From assembly GCA_010015585.1 (NCBI GenBank), contig ML975149.1: a stretch of DNA of 64,000 bases. One strand, written 5' to 3'. This document shows positions 48,554 to 60,923 of this stretch, one piece after another. Within the stretch, counting starts at the first letter, position 1; each line of letters opens with the position of its first letter. The notes beneath the pieces were generated by a model that did no database searches, was not told the origin of the DNA, and worked only from the letters and a program-made list of their open reading frames with translations. Source of the stretch: Eremomyces bilateralis CBS 781.70. Taxonomy: Eukaryota. A program made the translations under genes and the position numbers.

Positions 48554-50244
48554 GGTGTATGTGTTTACGAATCACACCACGAAGGCCTACGATTCACATT
48601 TTCCTCACGCTTCGAGGCATCCCGAGTCCTCGACATGCTTCGGTTGGCACCCTCGACCGGTCACGTTGCATCATACTTCACCATTAGCCGACGTCCCGTC
48701 CATCGACTAGGACCTCCCACCATCCCTCACCCGCTCGCCATTCACCACCTTCGGCATTCATCATCTTTCGACGTCGACCATCCGAGGTGGAAGGAATGGA
48801 GTGATCTGCTCCCCCTCTACCAAAACCAACAGATGGTTGGGGTGTTCCATTTCTTTCCGCCTGGATGAACCCATCTACCTACTTGACCCACCCACCACAC
48901 CACCATCAACCATCTCCTATGTTCCGTCCATCACCAGCGTTTTCCCACTCATCCATCCGCATGACCCGGCCGACGGCGCCTCGGTCACCCATGTCTCACG
49001 CCCTGTTCACGTTTTACGGACCTGCATCTGCTCGGCGATCCTGGCGTTTCTTCCTCGCGCGATTTTCCCTTTCCTTTGTGCTGTTCGGGGTTGGGGGCGT
49101 TCCATCCATCCATCACTACGCGGCGTTTTCTTGCACACCACGATCATCACCATTGTTTCGACATCAGCGTCGGGCGTTTTTTTTTGGTTTTTGTTGTTTT
49201 TTTTGCGCGGATGGGGATGGGGTTTGGGGGGTCGAGGAAGGCGGCATTTGGATAAATTTTTGTGAAGGGGACTGGGTTGTTCGTTATACCATATTCTTAC
49301 TTACGTCGGGGAAGTTTGGGATGAATCATGGGATGGAAACATGCGTGCATGTGCGTGGATGCTTGGATGGGACATGCGGTGTCGTATTGACGACGAGGGA
49401 TATGAAGGGGTTCGGTCCACTCAACGTGTTAAAGGGGAGGGAAAGGGTTTCTGCACGCGGTTTGGAAAACCGGGCGATGCGTGGATGAAAGCGGCTAAGC
49501 GTTGCTTGATAGACGTCGGCGAATTCGAAAGTTTTGATATGTTCATCGTGTCGTGCAGTTTCTCCTGTGATCTTGGTTCCTCGTCGATATTCCAGCACGT
49601 GAGCGCTTCGCCCTGATTCTGCGCTCGTTTTCGCTTCCGCGATGTTGTATTCTTGATATCATGCTGCAATTCCTCATCATTTCCCCGTCAGCTCCGATCC
49701 AGCTGGTCTGCTTCGGTTCTGTTGCTGCCTTCGGTTCCTGGTGGGAGGCACTGGATTCGGCGAGGGTGAGCGCCTGATAGATCATTCAAGCAGCCTGCAC
49801 GACTCCGCCCTCGATTACGGCACAGCGATACCGGCATGATCCCAACCTTTCCTTTCCGAAGTCTCCGATGCTTTTGTCCATCGACGCGACGTACTCATTG
49901 ATTTTCCCAGGCATCACAATAATTATCGGTAGACCTGCAAGCGCCTGTCGCTGCATATGAGTATTCCGACCCGCTCGCCCTTTGTTAGGTAGACTCGAGC
50001 TAGTACGTTCCGCCTCAGTAAGGGATTTCGAAGCACTTCATGATCTGGTCAACTAATTGAACCTCGCCGCCTGAAAGTCATGCTCGTGGAGGCAGTAGAA
50101 CTGACCAGTCGCACGTCATATATCCTGCATTAAAGCGGAGGATATATATATCTAGTTTTTATCTCTCGCCTTCTAACTCCAAGTCTTGTTTTTATCTCAT
50201 TTTCTTGGTTTACTAAACTACACATTATCGTACGTTAGCATATT

Positions 50245-50829
50245 TTCCGGTTCTTGGTCGAAGGCATAGTCGTCCTCACACAACCGACGGCAAAGACCTA
50301 CGAGGGGTGGAAGAACGCTTGCAGCAACCACTCCAACATAACCGACAACCTCGTCACCTTCCGGACGATCATCCGAAAGATGCAGACGGAGGCTGAAGCG
50401 GAAGCCTCGATCGTCACCAATAACCTAGACGATCTGAAAGATTGGGTCGCCTTGCAGACAAGATGTGTGGAGAATGACCTGTTACCCCGACTACCTCAAG
50501 TGCTGCAAACGATTTCGGCGCAGGTCGGCAAGGTCCATGGAACCGCTGTATCAGCGTTGACCGATTACGACGACGATGAGAAGCAAGTGTGGAACGCGTT
50601 CCGGCGAGATATGATCCGCGATGAGTTCACAAGCGCAGATATCGAAAAACATGCGAAGGCTTTGAAAACGGACCTACGGCGATTGCGACGGAAGGAACCG
50701 ATTTCCACGACCAAGTCCCCCCCCCTTGCCATGACCAAGTCCCCCCCGCTTCCCACGACCAAGCCCCTCCTCACTTGCCACGACCTAGACCCAATCACAG
50801 GATCTTTTAGGGCATCATCGCTACAGTGA
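50245..50829 (+). pseudogene. Relic of a fungal N-terminal helical-domain gene (type often found on NLR-like/ankyrin proteins)
   Basis: FLVEGIVVLTQ..KTYEGWKNAC and DDDEKQVWNAFRRDMIRDEFTS resemble the MSFGFSVGD..W..AC and W..FRREL...GFSS motifs. No ATG; the middle looks deleted; ends in a 24-bp tandem triplication (50707-50770). Confidence 0.45.
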
Positions 50830-51527
50830 GATCCAGCAGTGGGCATCGTCGGTAGCTACGGCGCGGACGGACGGTATGGTACCTGAATCTTTGGCGGCCG
50901 TTTGCAATAGGTATTCTTTAGTTAGTCTGGAGAAATCGAGAGAGGATGTCGAGTGAGGGACACAACGATCCGTTAGCCACTCTGGAAGCGATGATGGAGA
51001 AGACTGGGGCAAACTGTACGCGCACGAAAGGGCTGCCCGAAGTGACTGGCAGTGGTAAAATTGATGGTGAGACGACACAGCCTCTCCATCGATATCAGGA
51101 CTGTGTGTTTGAGGAAGCTGATAACTATATTTCATCTAAGATTGACACGGCTTGGCGCGATGCTGGTTATGCATTCACATTACTTGTTCTATGTGGTTGA
51201 ACAAGTGTGGCTAAGAGATTCTATGCGTTTGTGTTAGACCTGCAGGTCTCTCTCTATCCCACCATGTAGATTGCCCTTTCCTTTCCTTTTCTTCTTTTCT
51301 GTAGATTAGTTCCACACAAATACAACTCTATCGAGATCACTCTGACGTTCAGTGTTTCAAAGATCGGATCTTCACACGAAACGTGAATTCACACTGAGCG
51401 CGACAGTCGAGTATTAGTACCGTCTCCGCTCAGGGGGCCTAGCAAGCGGCAGTTGGCAATCCGCGTACGAGACCTGTAAAGGAAATTGGATTAGATTGTT
51501 ACAAACTGATGTATACGGGCAGGTCCG

Positions 51528-54061
51528 TTACGCATCCCTCATTCCAATCCCCCTCAACCAATCATTCTGACTCGCCTCCATCTCATCTAGATGGATCTTC
51601 CCCTTCCGATCCATATACGCTCCGCACCCAACCACGCAGCTATCATCCGAATCGAACGTGTCCCGGATCGTCTCCGCCATCTCCTCTGCGATCCCATCCG
51701 GGTCTTCCGGCAGCCAAATCGGGAACGGGTCCATTTCCTCCCACGGCCGCAGATAGGCGTCGAGATTGGGCGCGGGCGGACAGGTGCGGGGGTTCACGAA
51801 TTCGCGGATGGTGGCGTAGTCGGGCCAGATGAAGCGGTAGAGGCGTGCGAAGACGTGTTTCGGGGGGCGGGGGGAGTAGAATCCGTCGCGGATATCGCGC
51901 TCCAGTCGATGGGTATCATCGGAGATGATGCACGGGTGGAGGTTCATCAGCGGCTCGATGAAGTCATAGTAGTGTTGGGTGCACATCGATAGAAGGACGA
52001 AGATCGCCAACGCGACGATGCAGACGACGAAGTCGGCTCGGAGACCCCTGTCGAGGGAGCGGCGCCACATGAATTTGTGGATGATTTCGGCGAAGTTGTG
52101 CTTCACCCAGACGGTTGAGAGTAGCTGCATCGGACCGCCCCAGACGGCACAACGGCAGAGCCAGAGCAGCGATTCGCCGTGGTAGAACCCGAAAGAGTCG
52201 TCGACGTCGGCAAATACGTAGAGCAGGTTGTATTTCCAGTAGAAATAATTGATGACAAGGAACAGAAAGCAGCCGATACCTATTAGTGGCACGATAGGGG
52301 AAGCAGTCATGACTGTTGGCGCTTAGTACCCGACACCTCGAAATAATTGCACTATCACTTACTGAGGATAAGGGCCAAAATGAAAGTTTTGTATCGAACA
52401 GTCAGGTTATTCTTGGGAAGCTGGCGACTCTCCCATATCTCTCGCGGTGTGATCGCCCCCGCTTTGGCAAGGAGGGCAAATGTCAGAGACACGAAGATCA
52501 GGAGATCCGCTTGAATAGCGACGATGTAAATAGCATTGGTAATATCATGGAGCACAACTGGCATCTTCGGATCAAAAAACCCTCCACATACAAGGAAGAT
52601 CGTGTACAAGTCCATCTCGAGGAGCATATTCATGGAGAGGCGGTCGACAACCGACCTCTGAAGTCGGCGAAGTTGGAGGCCTTGCATTGCAAGCCAACGC
52701 ATACAGAGGGCGAGGAAGACCAGCGTGACGTCTCTGGTGACACGGCTTAGTATATCCTTGGCGAGATACACGAGCCAGCTCGAGAAAGGGACGTAGAAAG
52801 CCACAGGCACGAGAAGCGCGAGCAAGTGGTTCCGCCATCCATCGTTACTGAGCCGGTCCTTTGGGAGAAGATCGTGGAAATTGTCATACAATAGATCCCT
52901 CGGTTTCACGCCGATAGCGATCGGTTCCAGGGTATAATCGTTGCAGAGGTAGGCTTTCATAGCCGTTCGGAAGTCGCGAAAAAGGACAAACACGAAGCCA
53001 GTTTCCAAGGCCTCGTCCTTCTCCAATTTCATTCTTTCGAGGATGACGGCGTTCCACATGAAATCGAGCCACTGGAGGCATTGAGCCGGGCCGGGGTCGG
53101 AACTGTCCGTTCCAGTTCTAAGTCGATGTCTCATAGACCGGAGTAGGCCCCTCTCGACTGCACCCCGGAAATGAGGAACTTGGTAGAAAATATCTTCAAG
53201 TCGCGTGGTATCGCATTGGATGAGGACATCTTCAATATCCGCGGCTCCTAGTTCGTCGCGGATGTCATCCTCGTAGATGTTTCTCGTGAGGGTCTTGAAC
53301 AAAACGGTTCTTGTCGACACTCGCTCTAGCATTCCGCTGCGCAGCATCACGGCGTCTCTTGCTCTGTGGTAGAAGTACGTTTCATGGACGATGGCATAGA
53401 GAGAAATCACTATAACGAGAGCTGTTAAAACACAAATATGAAGACCGGGGTGAGAAGCGTACCAGTATAGAGGATGCAGAGCAACGTTGGCAGCAGGAGA
53501 TTCCAACCCTTCGGAACATTGTAAAAGCTAATCCTCCCATATCTGTACACTCTAAGGGGTATCGGTACCCTTTGATAAACCCAGCCGAGCGGCACACCAT
53601 AGACAACAATCGCTAGGACACATAACGCCAAACAAAACTTCTGAAAGCGAAGGAGCAGGTAAGCCTCCAGACTGTTGGTGGTCAAGATTGTGCGGGAATC
53701 GATCAAGAAAACGCGTGGAATCCAGATCAGAAAGCCGCGAGGGGGGCCGTGAGTTCTTTTCCCGGAGTAGAAGGTGAACAACGGACGGATACAGAACCAG
53801 ACCACAATGGGCCCATAGACAAGGGGGTTGGTGGGCCACAAAAGGTCTAAAATAGCGAGCATGGCTATTTAGATGGGGTGAAGCCAGAACACAATAGAAG
53901 ACAGATGAGATGATTGCGTGAAAATGGCGGTACGGAGAGAAGTACTTGTTGCTTGAAATCTTGATCGTGGAAAGCGCATCTTCCCCATCTAGAAAGACCT
54001 CACCTGACGTGCATGATGCTCTTGAAGTGTTCCTTAATTCTACATTATGGATGGAAGCCAT
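51528..54061 (-). CDS. Highly diverged CSC1/OSCA/TMEM63 (RSN1-like) membrane channel; at least 3 exons
   Basis: GFLIWIPRVF..NSLEAYLLLRF, ISFYNVP, STRTVL, GFVFVLF..TAMKA, GVKPRDLLYDN, AITPRE.W, TASPIVPLIG..YFYWKYNLLYVF. Introns near 53463-53423 and 52360-52313. First exon uncertain. Confidence 0.78.
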
Positions 54062-54335
54062 TTTTGGCCTCGGCTCCGGGAATATTTGTACCAGTGGTAG
54101 ATTCTTCTTCCTCGGGCGCCGTCAGTCTGTAGATCAGTCCTGGAGTGTCTCAAAACTGCGAGGACAAATCTGTAGAGCAGCTTCATTACCTAGCCCTGTC
54201 ATCAAGGTACATTGAGTCTTGATCTCCGGATGTCCAGAATCGGTTCTACTAGACCCAGGCTTAGCCATAATGTGACCCGAAAAGAGCCACCGTATGGAGG
54301 CGTTGGTTTTAGTGCGGTAGGGAATAGCCATCGCC

Positions 54336-55504
54336 TCAACGCGCAGGGAAGATATAATTTACAGCTGGCGATCGGCCGGCCCCAGACCGAAATGCCAAAC
54401 AGCCAACCAACAAAGCCATCCCAACCCAGGCTTGAGAGGATGGCTTCGAGATTTGAATTGAGCTCTTGACAATATGTCCCAGGTCATACAATGGAGCAGT
54501 AAGGCCTCTGCTTGGGGCCGGTGACCATGGCGGTGTCGGTAGATCGCTAAGGAAGTACCGCCGTAGGTGTTCGACGTGTTCTTTTATTCTTGGATAACGC
54601 CTACGTATGGCGTCCCCAAGCCACTTGTGCGGTACGTCCGGATACAACATCAGGGCCAAGTATCCAAATAGGAGACAGTCCACTGGTCTTGTCCCTTCGT
54701 TGGTCATTCCAAAATAATCTTTGGCGAGCAGTTCCTCGAGGACGTCGAAGAATGACGTTGCGAGAGAATCGAGTCGGATGTGATCGACATGCGGGGACTT
54801 TCGTAAGAATGATGTGATGCTCTTCTGCACCTTGCCAGCCTGAGCAGCTGTTTGGGTCGGAGGAGGGATTGCTGTGTTTGTGGCAGGTTTCCGTGAATCG
54901 CTGGGCTCTTCGGCATCCAGGTCCAGCGATGAGAGACCGAGGTGTTGTGTTCTAGCTTTGGCGCTGGCCCGGAGGCTTAGGGGTAAGAAGTAATTGATGT
55001 GCAGAGGAAGCAGTTTCGTATACGCGGATCGGGTCGACTCGTAGTAGTTCTCGGACGAGACGTATAGGGAGAGGTCAAGGAGTTGCTGGCCTTGGGACCG
55101 AAGGAACGCAGAAACCCTAGCATCCTAAGTAAGCGTCTGTCTCTTACAACTCAAGTGTTATTATACGCACACCGATGGATCGAGCTCCGGCGCTGGGCCC
55201 GCAGGCTCCAAAAGCATATCACGATTCCTTAGGTGACGGAGGACACGGTCATATCCAGCTATCTTCTGGTCTCCGTCCACCAAAACCGGAAACGTACCTA
55301 AATTGCTGTCAGAGTGCGATTGAGCGTGGAACCAATAGTCGTCAACATACGGTTCGGACTGAATGAGAGGTCGAAGTTGGGGATTAACTTCCACTGGACT
55401 TCGCTTCTCATGAAGGAGTTGAGCAGGCAAACGGTCGCGAGGCATTCCGGATCAATGGAGGGCAGGTCGAATGCTGAACCCCATACATGGACTTCGAGAG
55501 ACAT
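54336..55504 (-). CDS. SAM37: Metaxin-like mitochondrial SAM complex subunit (Sam37/Tom37); 3 exons
   Basis: MSLEVHVWGSAFDLPSIDPECLA, FPVLVDG..IAGY, LLDLSLYVSSENY, GST-like C-terminus DCLLFGYLALMLYPDVPHKWL, C-terminal hydrophobic segment. Confidence 0.85.
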
Positions 55505-55978
55505 TGTGGAGAACTTGACGTCCTATAGGGATTATGGGAGGGTGGAGAGTACGTAGTAAATCTGATGAGATAGAGCATGGAAATCATCTCAAGAAATATC
55601 TCAGGAAATCATCTCAACGCGACATCGCGAGCAAGTTATTGATGCCTCAGACAACAACAAAACACTCTAAGGCAACCACATCTTTCGACGTCACACCATC
55701 ATCTCGCCTGCTTTCACGGCCATTTCCCTCGTATTGGACTTGGATTCTATTTCACGGCTGATTCTATTATCATCTTTTCATTTTCTTTAAGAGGAGGTTG
55801 AATCAATTGCATGTATATATTGATATCACAGAGACGGATTTGGAAAACCCAAACAGCCCCGTCATCCGATCTCTAAATATACCTCCTCTGCCTACCTAAG
55901 AGAACAACATATTGTAACCCATGGGTAGTCTCAGCTCGTCTTTTCTTCCTTGATTTCCAATCCATAATCCCCGCCATC

Positions 55979-56644
55979 ATGTTCGGCGTCATCGTATCTG
56001 GCCGCCCCGTCCTCACCGAAGGCCAAACCATCTCCCCCACCCAATCCGCCTTCTCCCTCCCTGCCACCCCCCGCTTCAACCATCTCGTCGTCTTCCTCCA
56101 CCCCGGCGCCGCCTTCCCCCCGGACGCCGCCGCCGCCGTCTACATCCGCCTCACCCCCACCTCCGACTTCCGCCTCCTCGGCGCCATCGCCGCTGACAAG
56201 CCGTCTGCCGTCTTCAAAATCAACGGCAACGACTCGAGCCCCACCGGCGGCGGCGCTGGCGCCTCCGCCGACGTCGACGCCATGGTCGACGACGCAAGCG
56301 GACCCACCCCGACCCCCGGTGCCAACGATGTCGTGATGCTCGGCATCTCCGTCGAGCCGGCCGCGCAGGTAGCGGCGGCGTTGGCGGCGCAGAAGGCGGG
56401 GACGGCAGGCGGGTCCGCGGGACAGCAGATGGCGGTGTATCGGCCGCCGCCAGCGCGGGTGGCGACGAAGGTGCTGGCGCAGCGGATCGTGACGAACTTG
56501 TTTAATTTTCTGGCAAGCTTCACGAGCGGAGGGGCCGGGGGGCAGGAGGTGGTGCCGTTGAAGAGCGTGCAGGATTGGTGGGGGAAGTTTGAGCGGCGGA
56601 TTGAGCAGGATCCCGGATTTTTGGAGCGGGAGGAGGGGAATTGA
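55979..56644 (+). CDS. OPI10: Hikeshi/Opi10 (DUF775) family protein
   Basis: MFGVIVSGRP, HLVVFL, LLGAI..DKPSAVFK, LGISVEP, LAQRIVTNLFNFLASF, WWGKFERRIEQDPGFL. Confidence 0.92.
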   Translation: MFGVIVSGRPVLTEGQTISPTQSAFSLPATPRFNHLVVFLHPGAAFPPDAAAAVYIRLTPTSDFRLLGAIAADKPSAVFKINGNDSSPTGGGAGASADVDAMVDDASGPTPTPGANDVVMLGISVEPAAQVAAALAAQKAGTAGGSAGQQMAVYRPPPARVATKVLAQRIVTNLFNFLASFTSGGAGGQEVVPLKSVQDWWGKFERRIEQDPGFLEREEGN

Positions 56645-56656
56645 GGAGGGTTTTGT

Positions 56657-59600
56657 TCATGGGCAGCGACCGTTGATGGTTGGGCTTTTCTCGTTGCCAG
56701 GTGCCCATCCTTCGACTGGAATTCTAAAAATTTGGAATCCAATGCCGGAGACCACGATCTCAACCACGCCGTTGTAGCGGATGATGTTCAGACCCGATAT
56801 ATCAGCGACGGCACACGGTCTGCTCCCCAGACTGTTGACTATGATGGAGTCTGGACCACGGCAGGGCAGTCCCACCGAAACCCTCCACAGGCGGATTTTC
56901 TGGTCATTACCCGCCGTGACGGCAAGAATCCTCCAAACATCCCCTCTAGCTGCAGCACTGATGATCGCTGAGCCGGTCACTGCAGCGGTATGGGCACTTT
57001 GGACAACCACCGAAGAAACAATCAGCTTTTCGGGAGTCTGTTCGGCGAGCACGACGGATATGGCGTCATCGTCCCCGCCGGAGAGGATGAGAGCGCGGTC
57101 TTTGAGGTGGACGATAGAGGAGGTCATCACGGCGTTCTGATGGGCAGCCGTTTGGTGGACGAGGAGGCGGGAGAACGGGCCGATCTTGACGCCTGACGAC
57201 GGGGGTTGATCTTCATTGTGCTTCACGAATGCAAGGAATCCGTTTGTGCTCCCGATGACGGCGTAGTTGGTTGCGGCGAAGTTCAGCATGGCGCACTGGG
57301 TGAGGCAGTTAGTGGTGTATGTGAAAGTCATGAGGTGTGTCCATGTTGGTTTGTCGGGGCCGGTTTCGTATCGCCAGAGCTGTTCAATGTCAATATTACG
57401 AGTATCCTCAATTGTGGAGCCCTTGTACCTTGAGTTTCGAATTCGAGAACGCCATCGCGATCTTATACGAGCGCTCGGGTCCTCCCGACTCGCTCGTCGA
57501 GCCACCTTCCCCGACCGCCTGGAAGCAAGTGATCCGCAAGTCCGTCTCCGGGCGCGAGATCGGATACGTCGACTCGCGCGTGACCCCCAGTCCCAATATC
57601 GGCACTGCTTGAACCCTCCACACATAGAACTCCTCGAACCCCCCGCTGCTGAACAGTCGATCACCCGTTTCAGACCACTGCAGGTGTTGAATCCCCGTCG
57701 TATGCTGCCGGATCGTCGCTACCTGGACCAGTTCTGGCTCCCCGGCCGCCTTCGTCTCTCGATCCGCCGATTGATACTTGATAATCCGAATGTCTGTATC
57801 CTCCGCACCTGTGGCTATCAACGCCACCTCATCCTCCGACTCTGCCATCCGCCGTCGCGTGACATCACAAGCCTTGATCTCCCGCCCATGTAACCCCACC
57901 TTGACCGTCTTCGCAACCGGCCTTTCCTGCCGATGCAGTCGAAGTTTCCGCGCCTGCGTCCACACCAACGTACACGCTGGCATCCCGCCATCGTTAGGGA
58001 CGAGATGGAAGCACCACGAGCGGTGCGCGCCGCCGCAATCGATGCTGAGCAGCCGAGTTTCCGTGATCGCGTCGTAGGCGACGAACTGCCGCTGTTGGAA
58101 GCCGTAGATGATCAGGGTGCCTTGGGTCTTGTCGAAGGTCATTCCTTCTATGTCGAGGCCGAAGGGAGGTCGCAGTTCGTGGATTAAATCGGCGCGAGAT
58201 CGGGCGAGGTCGACATGGTGGATTTTGAGGAAGCCGTCTCGGCCAGTCGACGCAAGCCAGACCCCGGAGCTAGGGGTATCGAGGATCTTGATGGCTGTGA
58301 CAGCTTCTTCTCCATGCGCATGTTTGATGAACATACTCGGCTCCACTGAGTCGCCTCCGTGAGAACCTGCAGCAAGGTGTCCGTTCAGACTTCTAGTATA
58401 GAAACAGATATGTCCGTGCCGCGACCCAACCACCGCAATCGCATTGATCCCAGTTGAATCATATACTCCCGCCAAGCTAGTCGGAACGAGAGGCAACCCG
58501 CTCGCCGAGAAAAGCGTCATGGACATGAGGACATAGCTAGAGGCAAGCTCACCGTCCGCCATCTTCATCATGTACAGCTGCGGATCTCCAGCATGGTAGT
58601 TCAAGCAAGCCATCAACACCGGCGTTCGCGACGATGATGCGACTTGTCCGAACAGCAAACCAGTCACACGCCGCGGATCAAGTGTGATGGGAGTGAGTGA
58701 TTGTCGTGTTGGTTCGATTAGATATCCGATCGGTTGCTTGCCTACGAGGAACGCGACCCCCAATTCAGGAATGCTGGCCATCATAGCCAAGCCCGATAAT
58801 GATCCAATAGATCCGATGCCCTCTATGTGCCATTTGCTCACGCACCCAGCATCGCCGCTGTTTCGATCTATTCGTAGCAAGTTGCCAGAATTCATGGACA
58901 CGAGAATCGTGTCGTCAGCCACGAAGCAGAATGACCGAGCGAAATCGTTCTTCAGGACGACCATCGCGTCCATCGTGCTCTCGGTCCCTTCCATCTCATC
59001 GCTGTCCAGGCGAAATGGCGTGCAACCTAAACTCTGCACGTCCAAGAAGTCTGCCGCAGTCCAGTCTTCTTGTTCAATCACACGACCGTCGCCGTGCCCA
59101 TCCGCCGCATGGCAGAGAATGCGACCATCTGCGCCACCACTAAAAACGTCCACGGACCCATCCAGATTCCTCGCAACGCACACCGCCCACGCATGCTTCC
59201 CGGCATGCCCCACGAACGTCGACCGATGCGTGACCTGCAGTCCCCCTTCACACCACTGCAGATCCCTCACCTGTAACGATGCGTCCTCTCCTGCCGACAA
59301 TACGGCCGGCAAACTCTTGTCGGCGGAAAGGAGGTTCGAAAACCGAACGTCCCAGATGCGCGACTGATGCGCCCACACGGACGCTAGTGGTCGCGTGCTG
59401 GAGATGTCCTGCTCCAAGCTATCCTGGAACCCGAACCCGCTATACTGTGATCCCAGATGCAGCTCCGCGTCCTGAATCGACAAGTCCCGAGTCCGACCGT
59501 CCGCGTCGGAGACATCCCACACCCGAATCGTGCGATCGTCGCTGCAACTCGCGAGTAGCCGCCTCGGCGCGCGCAGATTGGGCGCGGCGATGGCGTCGGA

Positions 59601-60356
59601 GATGTCGAGGTCGAAGATGGAGCCCTCGTGGCCCGGGAGGATGTGGAGGATCGGGAAGGCGTTCTGCGATGCGGTGGTGCGGCAGGACCAGACACAGATC
59701 TCACCGTAACAGGATCCGGAGGCGATGAGGAGGTCGGAGGGGGTGGTCCATTTGATGCAAGCTGAGAAGAGCAGCGTTCGTGAATTAGGCTTTAGCTCTT
59801 GGACATGACTCTTGATGTGGAGCTGCGTTTGATTCTTTTGATTCTTTGTGTCTTCGTAGACTGCAACTTCGAAAAGCGTGACTCCATTATGCGCTGAGAC
59901 GGCCGCACCGATCACGCTCACCAATGACTTGACATGATTGCCATTAATGACTCCAGTAGGCGATCCATGCTCTTGAGGCCGCAATTGCGCGGACAGAACC
60001 CAGTCGTCCAGAATATGAAGTTTCCCAAGATGCAATTTGCACCCCCCATTTTCCGCTTCCGTAAATTCAAAAACCACAGCTTTTACACATCTTCCCCCAC
60101 GAACCACCAGCAGACATCGCGTATCTCCAACATCCCGAACGAGGATGTCATGGATCGACTGGGTCGCGAATACTTTTCCTTTGGTGTAGAGGGTGGATGA
60201 GGGGCGGTGGTAGACTTTGAGAAACGGACCTTCGGCGGAGAAGACGTAGGGGTGGAAGTGATTGAGAGCGGTGATGGGGATTCGGGTGGAGAGTTCAATA
60301 AGCGAGAGGGGCGGAGCGGAGGTTCTTGCTGGGAGGTCTACATCCCCGAGCGACAT
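56657..60356 (-). CDS. WD40-repeat protein, WDR6/Trm734(Rtt10)-like; 2 exons
   Basis: PITAL, GHEGSIF, LLASCSDDRTIRVWD, WAHQSRIWDVRF, SAGEDAS, GHAGKHAW, CGGAHRSW, GLHGREIKA, ATGAEDT, LFSSGGFEE; intron 57428-57380; SGGDDDA, AHTAAVTG, GNDQKI. Confidence 0.88.
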
Positions 60357-60923
60357 TATATGTTCGGTGCTTTGTTGTATGCATAATTCGAAAATTTCCC
60401 ATTGATATCACGAACATTGAAGATGATTACTTTGAGTAAAATTAAAAGTGGTATATAATTTTAATCGTTGAATATTTATTTGGCTGTCATGGTCGAAAGG
60501 TAGAGAAGATGCAATGGATCCACTGCTTCTCCAACCCCAACCAAAAATTGCCAGCAGAGGGTGCCGAGTTCGAGCCCGACGGTGGCTTCCCACTCATGCA
60601 GGTAACTCATGATCGCTGTGGAAGTCTTAAGCAGAGAGATATTCTTGAGTCAAGCAATTGGGCAGAGGACTCTCTCCGTTGGACGGCGTTGCCCGATTAC
60701 ACTCACTCTGGGAAGGGTTGGCGGCGGTGGGAGTTGTAACAACTCTTTTTTACTCTTTTTTACTCTTTTAACTCTTGTTTGCCTTATCAATCAATATCCC
60801 AGTCCCGTCAATTCGGGATCATTTTATCAAAGAATGAGTTTTTTTTTGAGATTGAATTTATAGATAACTAGAGTAGGCATCTTTATTATAACTTTTGGTA
60901 GATCAATATATGAATTCCACGTC

